A program made the translations under genes and the position numbers. DNA of 64,000 nt from Oopsacas minuta. Taxonomy: Eukaryota; Animalia; Porifera. Where the stretch lies: positions 325,220 to 389,219 of the forward strand of contig JAKMXF010000077.1 in assembly GCA_024704765.1 (NCBI GenBank), in the 5' to 3' direction. The notes under the pieces are model-generated. The model saw nothing but the letters and a program-made list of their open reading frames with translations. It was not told the origin of the DNA and did not search any database. Positions 50,152 to 63,270 of this stretch are shown here, in pieces; within the stretch, counting starts at the first letter, position 1, and the number at the start of each line of letters is the position of its first letter.

Positions 50152-53100
50152 TATACATCTACAAATAATGTATATCAAAAATACTAGAATAATATATTCC
50201 AAATCCCTTACTAACCGAAAACACTGTAGTTTTGTTGCCGCCCAAGGTACATTTTGATTGACCGTAATTATCCTTCGTGAGATTAAAAACTAAACACTTT
50301 TATAAGATTGTTTCTTTAGAATATTATGAAGATGTACAACTAACTCCATCAGTGCACCACATTAAAGACGTTCGGGAAATTGATTCCTCTATTAAAGATA
50401 TTTAGAGCTACCTTAAAATGATTCCCAAAAAGAAATCAGACAAACTATTGTTAATCTTCAATCTTCAATTGATAAGTTTGAACTTAATTATGATTCCGAC
50501 ACATTATCAACAATCCCTCATCTCCGATTAATACTATGCCAACACACAAATATTTTACTTCCCAAGCAAAAAAAAGATACAATGTGATCACTCTGACACT
50601 TGCTTTAAAGGCTCAATTTATTTTTCCTGCTTATTAGAGATTTCTCCAAACTTCTCTATGTCTTACAGTTCCACATCAATCTACATTACGTAATCTTACT
50701 TCAAAATCAGGTTTGTAGTATGAGTTTAAAGAATTTCTCATTAAATCAACTGCGAAGTTTTCCAAACAACAGCGTCAGCATGATTAAACATCGATGAGGT
50801 TTATGTAGTCTGACTTTAGTTATGAAGGAGGAAATATTTATGTCTCGTCAGTTCGAATGTAGAAGTAGAGGCAAAAACTGTACTAGCTTTCATGGTTACT
50901 AGTCATTTCGAAAAATGGAGTGAAATTGTTCTATCGCATCTACTTGCCTGTACAGATGCTAAAGAAGTTTTTGTGATGGTTATTACTGTTATAACTGATA
51001 TAGAAAGTGTAATTCCAATATTGTGGCATAATGTACAGATAACTACCGTTAAATCAAATTTATTCAAATCATTATCGCGAAAGCATGTAATCAAACAATC
51101 AGTCTCCCATCCTTGTGACCCCATTCGTCCATTATTCCGTATTTTTGATATTGTCCACATCATTGAATGTATTCGTAAGAATTGGCTTAACCAACAAGAT
51201 GCTCAGTATAGTTTTATTTTTCGTTCTTTTGAAGATGTTATTAACTCCAATTTACCAGCCTCTGTGTCCAGAGCTTTCTTGAAGATATTAGGAATCAATA
51301 CAGACTTGAACATTCTTCCACCTTGAAGCAAGCTTATAAATTGACTGCAAAGGTTTGCTGGCCTACCAAATTTAGACGGCAAAATATTAATCTTGAATTT
51401 GCAGGGTTTAGCGAATCGACCAACGCTACCTTGAGGCTAAATCAGCAACTGTTGGGTGCTGGTATTGTAACTCAGGCTCATGAATTTCTATACATTATTT
51501 GTCATATTAAGAATATCATTCATGTTAACAGTCCAATGAAAGGAAAGCGCTTAAGACATTCCTTTTCAAATCCATTCATTAACAATGATGAACTCTATTT
51601 TCTTGATAAAGTTGTTCAATGGCTAGATACTTAGAAATTACTTCCCGGTAAGTTTGGAAAGTTAACACCCCAAATTTTCTCTAGTTTCAGACATTCTTGT
51701 TTAGTACTACCTCAAATAGTTACTTATCTTACAAGTGAGACATGTTGTTTCGCATATATTCTTTCCTTTCATCTTCAGTACATTCCAATTGAACACCATT
51801 TGGCGTTTATCGACAATTGTCAGGTGCACAGTACAATATATCTGTCCTCCAAATCCTTGAAAATGAGTGCCGGCTAAAGGTTTTTTCAATTTTAAAGTTA
51901 TTTCAGAAAGGAAACTGCTCGAGAAATGTCACTTAAGGACTTTATTAAGACATTTACCTCAGAAGAAGAACCAATTGAAATTCCTCCATTAGAAGATTCT
52001 TGTCTCTTTTGGGCAATTCTAATCTCCTTCAGAAGTAGATGAACTAATCTCCTAGCATTAGCATTTGTAGATGGATACGTTATCCATTCTACGTACTCTA
52101 AATACAAGGATAGGTGCGAGATGCTTTGCTAGTTTAACCAAACATAGAGATACTCATTTCAAAGATCAAGATAATGAATCAACTCATTTAAGTAACAGAT
52201 CGAAGAGGAGCAAAGTATCCAGGTTCAGGGGTTCTAGAATGGTACATTCTCCTTCAGAAAATCTTTACTGCAATTGAAGTACAACCGATATCATTCAACA
52301 AATTTGTCTCATCAACCCCTCGAAAAATTCTTGTATCTCTCTCTACTATCAAAATAGAAGATACAGAATCTTTAGCAGAAATTTGGGGAAGTAAGCGCGA
52401 CAACTGTCTCAAGGTTAAATGGGATATATTGAAGAAAATACTTAGCACCATTTCTAATTGTATTGTGGCAAATAAAAATCGAACTTTAAATTCCTTCAAC
52501 GTACTCAAATCTTCAAAAAGAACTTCCAATATTGAGGACAACAAGAAATTAAAGAAATTCCAATCATAGCTAAAATTCACTTGTTTCAGTGAATGATTAA
52601 TAAATACATATATTATCTGTTAAAAATCGGAGCTACCATCTGTAGTTAATAAAGTTCGTTTACATAAAAATACCTAAATAAACAAAAAGACCACTAATGT
52701 TCGAATATTCGACAAATTTCGGTCTTAGGTAAGTAAAGTTATTACAGAATGTAATTGCATGCATATAAAATGTTCAATTATCAAATAAATTCTTACTAGT
52801 CCTCCCATTCAAACTCTAATAATTGTGCATTACCATCTACTTACCATCCATGGTCCAAATCAATTGTAAGTCCTGTTTACGAAGTTCACGGTTGGAGAAA
52901 TGCTGCAATTAGTAACTATCAACATAGTAAAACTAGATTTACTAGCGATAGTATCAATTTTGAATTAACACTCACGAAGTTGGATCACATCTTCGGTTAG
53001 TATTGTGTTGATCTATAAATATTCACTACCGCTGCTAAGCAGAGTTAATTCTTAATAGATACTGTTTTGATAAAACACTGAAATTGACTAGTAGCATAAA

Positions 53101-53179
53101 AGTAATATGAAATACCTATGTTAAAATTTAACTGACCTCTTCGGAGCAGCTTATAACATGACAAGTAACCAAACGAAAA

Positions 53180-53545
53180 CTCACGCGAAAAATTCTCTGA
53201 TGATGAAGTTATGAGCATCGGAGACATAATAGAAGAAATTAAATCAAAAATTTTCGGAGCCCTAAGTTCTACCCTCACAGTTGATGGTAAGAACAAAATC
53301 TGGGAAGAAATAGCTAGTAAAATTTCGGACAGGTATGGTGTACAAGGACAAGAGATGAGAATGCAAGAAGTGGTACAGTACATTAACAAAATACACGCCT
53401 CGAATAGTAGATAAAATCGCTTCTGGGAAAGAACAGGAGGAGGGCCAACTGAAGGATGCTTAGATGAACTAGAGGCAAAGATTTTCTCCATAAAGGAAAA
53501 GGAGGCATTTGAAGGGATTGGGTCAGGCATTGATTTCCACTAGAA
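53180..53545 (+). pseudogene. Harbinger Myb/SANT-like DNA-binding protein
   Basis: REKFSDDEV...KNKIWEEIA...RTGGGP...EGIGSGID, with stops and a frameshift. Confidence 0.78.
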
Positions 53546-54072
53546 CGACCCTCATCCGTGATGATAGAAGATGAGTCGATGATTATAAGCCCAACACACT
53601 CTCAGGAATTCAAGATCTTTAAAGAAACATCAGTTCAAATAAAAAAGTAACTTTCAGCAGAGACAAATGGATATGAATCCATTAAATTGACACTACTAAA
53701 GAGCGAGGAAGAGAAACTGAAGTTGCTAAAACTAATTGATTCCAAATTAGATCAGGTTGTGAGCATTTTTGAAAGAGTCACTGAGGATCAGTCCAAAATA
53801 CTGTCGTGGATGGCTAACAGCCACAAACAACAATATCCCTTGTTGTCGCCACCCTTTACATGCACTAATTTTCATTCAACTCAGCCATTGTATCCTTCTC
53901 ATGACGAATATCACAAATTGAAAACTTTCATGAATTCATCACATATTTGTCCATAAACTTCATTACCACTACCAAGTTCATTCATCAATTATAATTACTA
54001 TCTTGAGTTATGCATCTTGAAATACCATTAAAACTCAATTTAACAAATTTAACTAATACACCACAATACATC

Positions 54073-55112
54073 TTAACTAAAGTAATTAACAACTATCGGT
54101 TGCCTGAGCAAATTTGCATTTTCTGAATGGTCATCTTCATCCAAATCAATTGGAAAATCGATTTCCAAAGTATCTACATCTGTAGGTAACCCATGATCAA
54201 TGCAGAAGTTATGTAAAACCATGGTAGAAATAATTAGTTTGCAGACCATTTCAGCACTATAACATAAGCTTCCACCGGTTTTATCCATTGACCTCCACCG
54301 ACTCTTCCATATGCCAAATGTGCACTCTATTGTTTTTCGAGTTCATAAAATGACTCGATTGTATCTTCTTCCGCTAGAAGTAACTGGTGATAGAATTTCG
54401 GGTCATTAAGATAGAGTTCAGCGGATATGCACTATCACCCAAAAACCATCGATCAACGGGTATGAATTTCAGATGCAGAAATTCGTTATTTGCTTGCCGA
54501 TTGTCTCCACATAAAGGCATCGTGAGTACTCCCAGGCCACTTCACAATAGCATCAATAAAGCGATATTCATCATCGCATATAGTTTGTACATTAATAGAG
54601 TGATAACCTTTTCAATTGACGTAAGGAGGTTCGTTAATAGAAGGTGAAACAATGGGAACATGGGATCCTCGATGCATCTCAATACTGTGGGAAATCTAAA
54701 CTCTCTTGGAAACTTCGTTACATTTTCTTTGAACAGCTTCATTTGGGAAGGAAATGAAATCACTGGCACAAGAGCAGAAGGCGTTTGATACATTGCCGAT
54801 GTACTTTGGTAGCGAAGGTAGCGAAGTACCATGGCATGAAGCAACTACTGTTTGGAAACTGCCAGTAGCTAAAAACTGCAAAGTGACAGCTCATTGAGTA
54901 GTTGTAGAGATAGCGTGTGAACGACAGGTGGTTCGGGACATATATGTATTCAATCTTTCGATTAATTCAATGGACAGCCCTCAATCAACTCGGTAACGAG
55001 AAAAGAAGTCGAGATCAGAATACGTGTCAAGAGATTTAAACGATCTCAAAAACCCCTGACGACGTAGGCTTTGATTTGATTCGCTCTCGAGGAGGAAAAA
55101 TAATGCAGCCAT
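54073..55112 (-). pseudogene. Harbinger (HARBI1-like) DDE transposase
   Basis: [37 protein letters not shown] and STMVLHNFC. Confidence 0.88.
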
Positions 55113-56329
55113 TGGTGAAATATAATGTCATCAAAATAAATTCATTAATTTGATCCAGAAAATTTTCATTAATACTAGCTGCTGAGAAGTTTCTATTTAC
55201 CACAAACTAATTGGTGGTGAATAGATCTATACAAAACATAAAATAAATATTATTTTGTCAAGTTAGCCACAAAATAGCAGGGATCTTACATTTAAAATCC
55301 ATCACGGATCGAAACTTTGATAATTCCTCGCTTCCAATGGCCACTTCTGACCCATAAACACTCCGTCCTGGACCAGGTGAAGTTTTAGTTCCAAAAATTT
55401 CACTAGAATTGTGCAACATACCCTTCCTTTTATAAAAGCCAAGAGAGAAACAGACTTAGCTCTGATATATAACTAAAAAGGCTCTGGCTACGCCACTGTT
55501 GGCAGTTAGGCAATTAAATCAGCACCAAAATTACCTATGGTGAGGAAGCTGTAAGTGCTTGGTAAACATATGCTTACCATCCGTGACTTGAGGTTAGCGC
55601 ATTCATTATACGATCCTCAATCAAAGGATCTAGTCCCGACCTTTCTTGACTCATTTATGACCGGTGTTTCTGGTTCCGGTCCTATATTCCAAAGGATCTA
55701 CCTTCCAATCAAGATCCAAATAACCATCCTTTGATTGATGATCGATTTTTCGAAATACATTTGAATATTATGAATACTATACCGGGACGATTCGACTATA
55801 AGTTAAGATATAATTATAAGCATACATAAATTTGCGATACATCATTTCAAAAAGTGCTACCTGTACAGTATGTGCGATAACTAATTAGAATTTCTCTTAT
55901 ACTATTCTTGGTGTTTATGATTGGCAAAAGTACATACCATGCTATACAATTGAATATATATAATAATCTACCCTAGAAATATTCTACATGACGTCATGAT
56001 GATGTGATAGCATATTTAGAATATTACTTTTGCAGAAACTACTTAGCGCTTAGATCCCGACATAACATTGGCCTTCCAGACGAATCTAGAGCTAAATAAA
56101 TTTAGACGCGTATTTCACCGAAATTTGGTAATAAGCTTATGACAACGGCTTATCATTAGAACAAACCTTCAACAACACATAAATATATGTAACATATTCA
56201 TATCCCTTAAATTAATGCTCAACAAAATATGTTTACCAAATCAACCAAGGATCTCATGTCAACTGAAATGAGCTAGCATTTAGCCCACTTAGCAAAAGTC
56301 ACTAAACCCTCTGCACTTTTTACGCTATG

Positions 56330-57500
56330 CATCGCATTCCAGATTGTGCTCGAAGGACAACATTAAAACATAAAATTATGGAAGTTATCCTATTGTGTTT
56401 CAATGGTCCTAATGAACTAAAAGAAGTTAAACTAACTGACAAGACTACTTCGAAATATCTTATAGACGTAATTGCGTTGATAAGGACAGTGCATAGGATA
56501 TTTAGCACATATCACGACCTGGCAATGAAACTTGTTAATATCTATCTGGTATATTCGTATTGATATGCTGGCATAATATCATAAAGAAACAATTTTAAAC
56601 GACCGAAACACAGAAAACGTGGTATTGCTGACAGAGATATGTAGAAGTCTTCACAATCGAAAGCTCCACCGAATTTCTCAATGTTATAAACAATAATGGG
56701 GTCTATAAGACAGGTTTAAAAGATATCTTGAAAGAGAACCTTGGATCAAATTATGAAGATTTGCTTCAAACATGACAATGCCAACAACTAATGTTCTCAA
56801 TGGCTAAGTTTTGATACAAAGTGACAACCTGGGAAGGTTTTACCATTGAGGAATTAAGCAGGAAGCAAGAAGAGTCAGATACAAAGTTGTTACGTCATGC
56901 AAAGCATTCGCTTGTTGAAATTTTCATGAATCAGTTGTCATCCGTTAGCCCTCAGGAGGCGTCGATAATAAAATCTTGTTCATTATCTTGTTTTAAGAAC
57001 AAATGAAGATATTCATCGATTATGGAATTGAGTTTCAGAAGAATCATACAACTAAGTTCAGTTAGTATTAGCAATGAACGCAAGAAAGCTATGATTTGTT
57101 TCCATCCATATACGGGAATGACTACGTTTCATTTTTCTTTAGAATTCGTTGGTGAGAGAAATAGCAGATTTGTCGAAGTACTTATACGGGTGGAGTTCAA
57201 TGGATTATTGATGAAGATCTCCTTTCAAAACTAGAAGAATAAGCGTGCGCTAAATTAGGCAAAACGAAGTGACATTAACGTCGTTCGCCATGATGTTCCA
57301 GGATTTATCATTTCAATCACACTGCAAGTGTTCAATGTACATCTCGAAAGGGTGGCGGTCATGCTTAGGAAAGAACATTGAATATTCTGATATTGAGTAC
57401 AATGAATGGCTAGCAGAAGTTTAAATTTCGGTGGATCGAAACTTCTTTTCCTGAATAGGGAAACATTATTATCTAATGCAGGATACCGAGAGCATCGAAG
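56330..57500 (+). pseudogene. Academ-like relic (XPG/FEN1-like domain region)
   Basis: LIDVIALIRTV..STYHDLA, RKRG, QEESDTKLLRHAKH (EEADT motif), MICFHPYTG (H..TG.D-like) and a downstream W-rich region, in the order I recall for the Academ XPG region. Confidence 0.55.
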
Positions 57501-57764
57501 AAACTGAAGATGAAGAGTATAGCAACAGTGAAAAGATATTATAGATACGATGTCCTTTGTGACATAGGTAACAGATCAATGATAGCAATTATAATACAAT
57601 ATATAATGATGATATCATCGGATAAATGGAATGGTCATTAGCTACTTCAACAATGTCAATAGTTGCACGGTGAATAAAATATTAGTAATACAAGAAAGCA
57701 GGTAAAATCAGCTAAGAAATAGTAAAAGGGTTAGCTAGCGTTAGGGTACTTTTGGTGGATAGTA

Positions 57765-60420
57765 CAGGGTGTAAGGAAAGTGTTGATACCCTAGATAATT
57801 CATTAAAACTTACAGGGTAGCCCTGAAGTCCTGTCCCATTGATAAAGTGGAATAGCTTGACTAAACTGTATGCTATAGGCTGGGAATTTTTACTCGTCTT
57901 ACAGAATACTATCAGAAATATATAATATCTTTACTACTCAATATAACTTCCTCATTTTTTTACTACGGCTCTCAATCGTCCAGAAAACGCTCCAACCGCG
58001 GCACGAATGCTTTCCTGAGGTATTTTGTTCCACTCCCTTGTTAAAGACCGCTTCAATCACTCGACAGAGGTATGAGACTTGGCGCAAGCATTGGTCTCCA
58101 GGATGGACCAAATTGCAAAGTCCATCGGGTTCAGGTCTGGACTATAGGGAGGCTATTCAGTCTTCTGAATAAATCCTGGAAAATTGTGTTGGAGCCAGGT
58201 TTGGGTACTATTGGCGGTATGAGCTGGTGCTCCATCCTGCTGGAATATAAACGGTTCTCCATTAAACATTGTTTGACCTACATTCCGCAATACAGGCTCC
58301 AAGATAAGCTCCCGATAGGTGGTAGCATTTATTTTTACTCCAATGGGGGACAAATATCAATGGTGTCCGACCAGTTGCCGAGACACCAGCCCATACCATC
58401 ACAGATTGAGGTTCTGTATGCGACTCACGTATCGATACTTTTCTGGGATACTAGAACGTGTTGCCGTTATGATCCTGTCATTTTGAGAGTTTGTAACTTC
58501 ATGAATAGTGAATATCTTCTCATCGGAAAACAGAATCGTTTCGAGACCGTGATTTCCGTGCCGCTCAAGCAACCCTTTACATCTAGACATTCGTTTTTGC
58601 TTAACTTGGTCTGTTAGATGATGGACCTTTTTTCTTTTGAAGGAATACATTCCCAGCTTAGTATTCACGACGTTTTGCATGGAATGGTGTGATACCTGAA
58701 GATCTACAGCCATCTTCCTCATGGATCGACGCGGGTTACTTCGGATTCGCTCCCGTACCCTCTTAACAAGCCTTGGAGTCGTAACTGAGGAAGGACGACC
58801 GGATCTAGTCTTGTCCTTTACTCCCCTGTTTCTTTGTACCTCAAGATCGTCCGATATACAAACTTCCGTCGACTCCTGGGCATATTGAGCAACTTTAAAA
58901 TTTCTCCTGGAGCCTTACCGTTTTCAAATAACCGAATAATTCCTACTCTCTCGACTTCCATTAGCTTAACTAAGTGCTAGAGGAAGTGAACCAGGAATAT
59001 GCTTAGTAATATTTGTATTACTGACTCAATTAGTTCGATTACAACATTAAATCATGTATAGTGAATCTAGTATCCTCATTTCCTTGTATTATAAAAGATG
59101 GCATAGAACTTTGGGGCAACCCTGTATAATATATTTGAGTGATTCGAAATATTATTGGTTTATATATGAACCATTTCGTTCTAATACAATTCTTATATGT
59201 TCCGGCATGCTAACTACTAAATTCTCTAAATACTTGGGCTAATGTCTCTCCATGCTGATTTTACTGTTTCCATTAGCTGTGCACTCCTTGTGATTTGGCC
59301 CTCTTCATTAACCTTCTCTTTCACTATTCCCCAAAGGTTTTCAATAGGGTTTAAGTCAGGGGAGTTCCCAGGCCATTCAATCTTACGCCAGAAAGCATTT
59401 AAATGATCTTGACACCACTTCTGCGTTGCATTGGCCATGTGTGCCAGTGCACCATCTTGCATGAAGATGAATTCGGACATATTTTCTAACACTGGCCTCT
59501 CCAAAACCGATCCATTATTTCGACAACGGTAAACTGCCTCCATACAAGTCTTGGCCAAAATTTGATTAATGTAGTATGCACTATTTATTGATTGCCCATG
59601 AGGGATTATATGCAGTTCTGAAAGTTCCTGATGTGACATCATGCCCCACACATGAATATTTGCTGGAAACTTACTGAAATACCGAAGGAACATCATGCTT
59701 ATCCTTTGCCCAAACCCGATTATTTTGTTTGTTTGGCGTTGCAAAGAGCCGGAAGGGAGACTCATCTGACCAGAGAACTTTTTCCCAGTCGTTAACTGTC
59801 CAATTTTGATGCTTTCGAGCAAAGCTCAAACGATCTTGGATGTTCTTTTGAGATAACCGAGGTATTTCTTGCCTTTTGAAAGATCTAAGACCCACAGATT
59901 CGGTCAAATGACGATACACACACATATGAGATATAGGATTGCCTCTATTCTTCAATCTCTGTGCAAGTTTTCTTGTGGATTGCCTGCATTTACTGAGTGA
60001 CTTGGAAATAAGAATTTTATCCACCCGACTCAAAATAGGAGGCCTCCCTGAACGAGGTTTAGTCACTAATGAACTACTTTTTTTATACAAACTAGACCAT
60101 CGTTTCACCGAAGAGATTGAAACATTCAAGTCTTGGGCTACTTTCTTCTGTGTGAGCCCTGCATCTAGCATGCCAATAGCTCAAGAACGAAGCAAGACTC
60201 CATGATTACGGACATCCATTAATACGAAAGAATGTAACACTGCTAAATTTGGAAAAAAATTCAAATATTTGAATACAATAAGCAATTAATGTAGTCAGAA
60301 ATAGTCTAAAGTACTATAAATATACTTAAGAAAAGTATAGGAAACAAACTATGTATGGTTCATTAATATTTAAGATTTTCATAGGAAAATAAGAGGTAGA
60401 AACACTTTCGTTACACCCCG
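57765..60420 (-). mobile_element. Tc1-like DD37E element (TRT/ITmD37E-type spacing) with a maT nested near its 3' end
   Basis: TIRs cagggtgtaaggaaagtgttgatac (57765) and, reverse-complemented, cggggtgtaacgaaagtgtttctac (60420). Transposase about 59226-60219 has WSDES and MQDGA...SPDLNPIENLW, with 37 residues between D and E. Confidence 0.85.
57813..59124 (-). mobile_element. Full-length maT (DD37D) element, pseudogene
   Basis: TA-flanked TIRs cagggtagccctgaagtcctgtccca and cagggttgccccaaagttctatgcc. ATG at 58961; FSDEK; QQDGAPAH...E*PPYSPDLNPMD, with 37 residues between D and D. Confidence 0.92.
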
Positions 60421-62269
60421 CAAAGTATAATTAACCAATGTTAATGCCAGTTCCATCAATGACGGAGTAAATACCTTAACGATGAAAGTCGCGGCTTCAA
60501 AAGTGGTCTAAAGGAATTCTTGAGCCCTAAATAACTCCTAATAGTTTGGTTTGTATGTCTAATAGTCATTGTCTGTCTTGGATCAATTTTATAGCTCATA
60601 TTCCACCTTGGGACACACAGAAACTTTAGAGTAAATTAACTGATGAAAGCCAATATTTGGTAAACATAGCGAGTAAGGTCTGTTTACCAAAGTTTTCGTG
60701 TTCATAGTTAATAAATAAGCAAGTTCAAGCCATATTTCCTGCATCAATGATGGTAATTTTGCTATGTATCAAATATTTATGACTTGTTACTGTATAAAAC
60801 TCTATCCTAAAGTCTAATTAAGCACCGTGAATACAAATCTAAAATCCCCATATTACCCCACTTGGGGCAATATGAAGATTGAAGCCCTGCACTAATAGAT
60901 CATTCAATGAGATTCAAGAGTGATACTTAAATTATACACCGAACATATCAGAAATAGTAACAAGTATCCCTTGTATGACAATGGATACTTGTTACTATTT
61001 CTGATGTATGAAATCTATTATTAGTATAGCATCCATTGTTTTACGTACATAGTGTACCGTATCCATTGCAAGACAGAAAAAACATATTCAAATGTGTTGA
61101 GAACATAAGGCCAGACCTGAAATTTTTCGAAAGAATTCCCATAATGAATGATATCAAAAGAGGTGAAAACACTAAACACTAAACTAAATAATATAGAAGT
61201 ATTCTAGGATCAAAATCAAATCCAATAAACAAGTACAAATTGAATACAATATAATACATTAATCATATGTGCAATAGATAAAATTATAGATGGGCACGTG
61301 CCGATCGTAGACTTAGAGTACCAACCCAGATTTGAATATACCATAGCACAGCAAAAGATTAGCACATTTTGAGAAATAGACATGTACATATTGGCCAGAG
61401 ATTCGGACCTCTCTTATAGTATTTTGATAGTAAAAGTTGATTGACAAGAGCATATATTATGTAAAGTAGTTTTTATGGTTGAATGTAACTGAATATTGGT
61501 ACTTTATATAACCGCTCATATCCAGTAAATAAGGTCAAGAATAGGTTAAATCTTTATATTTGCAAAAGCAAATGCCAATTTAACCATTTCAATCTCCTTT
61601 GACGACTTTTAACAGGTCATAAAAGGAAGATTTTGACTTCGCTTCATTAATTGGGATTATCTCCATAAGGCTAATCTTAGTGGGCCTTTTAAACAAAACC
61701 AGGAGGAATAGAATCATTAGTGACATCTTGTCAGCCAATTGATAACCCTGTAGCTTGAAATTTGACTAAATTATACATGTGTTAAGCTTGTCAAAGTGAA
61801 AATATTTCATAAGATTGTTCGTCAAACACTTGAATCTCCCTCAATTATTCTACGTCTAACCTTGACAAGTCTTCAAGCCTATTTGATATTTATGGAAATT
61901 TCATTTGATGATATTGGTAACCCATGAGGGATAAAATAGTTTCCAAACAAGTAGGAGATTGGGTAAAATTCCACCCAAATAGTGGTTATATCAAAGTAAG
62001 GTATAAAACGTGGTAGTATTTTACAAAATATAAAGCCCATTCAATAACTTTGTTGAAGAGAATGAAGTATTTCATATTATTTGGCATAAATATTCCAATT
62101 ATACAACTTATAAAAGAAATTATTTAGTCTCTATCATCTGCTATCAGCAAAGGGAACTAAAATAATGGATTAAAAACAAATAGCCAACAAATATATACAA
62201 GGTAGATTTACTTAATCTCTCACATCCTCCAATTATTAATGACATGAATAGATTTAATGAAATGTAGTA

Positions 62270-62562
62270 CAGTAGATGCCTGATATAAGAACCCCGGTTA
62301 TACGAACATGCCGGTTGTAAGAACCATAACTCGATATACCGAATCTTTTGTATCTTAATCCATTGAATGTTTACCGAATATAAGAAGATTCCATGTTGGT
62401 AATAAGAACATGCTGGATGAAAGAACCTTCTCCAGAAAACGATTCTCATATATTTCTGTAGATTTTATGCCGGTTATAAGAACATGTTATTATAATCGGA
62501 ATGGCGCATAAAAGAACACTATGTCCATTTCTCGACGATGTTCTTATAGCCGGCCTTGACTG
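62270..62562. mobile_element. pogo/Tigger-like MITE (293 bp)
   Basis: TA|cagtagatgcctgatataagaac ... gttcttatagccggccttgactg|TA. The motif (TA)TAAGAAC recurs several times internally. Confidence 0.75.
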
Positions 62563-63270
62563 TATATAATAATAGGATATAATTTGAGTCACAGGCATAT
62601 ATATGTAACAAAATAACTTTCTAGCTAGTTGTGCGGGTCTAAACATATCAATTTTTGAATGTATAATAGAAGTATATATACCAAACAAATTTAAAGTTCG
62701 CACCAATAAATGCCCCAATACGATTCTGGAGATAATACCTTGCACAATGCAAAAATCGTCCTCTAAATAGTATTAAGTTTAGATGTTCGTAAATTAGATA
62801 TATTAATACTCATGATTATATAAGCTTTAATAAAATTCCACCCCTTAAGTTACAATTGCTAAAAACACAACAATGAAACTTGATCAATTTTTCAACCGAA
62901 GAAAAAGATATTCAGATCAACAGAAAGACGATGACTTTCGTTACCCATTACAACCAATTACTTGTAATTTATAATGAAATTACGTATTTCTAGTTTGAAG
63001 ATATGCTTTCACAATGAGATTATCGAAATAATATTTCAAAGTAGTTGCTCACTGTGTATTATACAAAGGGCATAGAGAAGGTATGTAAAACGCCATATTA
63101 GGCAACCCTGACCAATGATAATGAGCATAGTTGGGCCGATCATCAATAATCATTTTATAGCGATTAGCTTAAGGAAGAATAATTAATGCTCATCATTGAA
63201 AAATGACTGTGATATAGTTTAACAATGCATATCACAGTATACCTTCGATTCCCTATACCATCTAGTTATA

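Larger units (their letters stand above)
45686..52853 (+). mobile_element. P element/THAP9-like transposon, decayed, interrupted by nested insertions
   Basis: TIRs ccatggatggtaaatagatggt and accatctacttaccatccatgg. THAP domain at about 45945-46120 (C..PNC, FTWPKD, W, VCIKHF). Core motifs AKTVLAFMVTSH, FDIVHII.CIR.NWLNQ, KQAYKLT, RQN and YRQLSG at 50870-51900. No convincing TSD. Confidence 0.85.
52870..55125. mobile_element. PIF/Harbinger element with convergent Myb/SANT and transposase genes, decayed
   Basis: TAA|gtcctgtttacgaag candidate left end. Myb/SANT-like ORF on plus, HARBI1-like transposase on minus. Right end not identified. Confidence 0.85.
45576..55498. mobile_element. Possible outer hAT-type MITE ends enclosing the 45.6-55.3 kb nest
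   Basis: cagtggaatagccag (45576) matches the reverse complement of ctggctacgccactg (ends 55498) at 13/15. The 8-bp flanks ttgacatg and ttggcagt match only 5/8. Confidence 0.3.

Noticed and set aside
45678-52861. TSD for the P element
   Set aside because: The best alignment (accaata versus tccaaat) matches only 4 of 7, so it is not claimed.
58072-58617. 181-aa plus-strand ORF, and similar ORFs at 53045-53530, 40934-41320, 46766-47149 and 20715-20963
   Set aside because: These are antisense shadows of transposase or Myb coding sequence.
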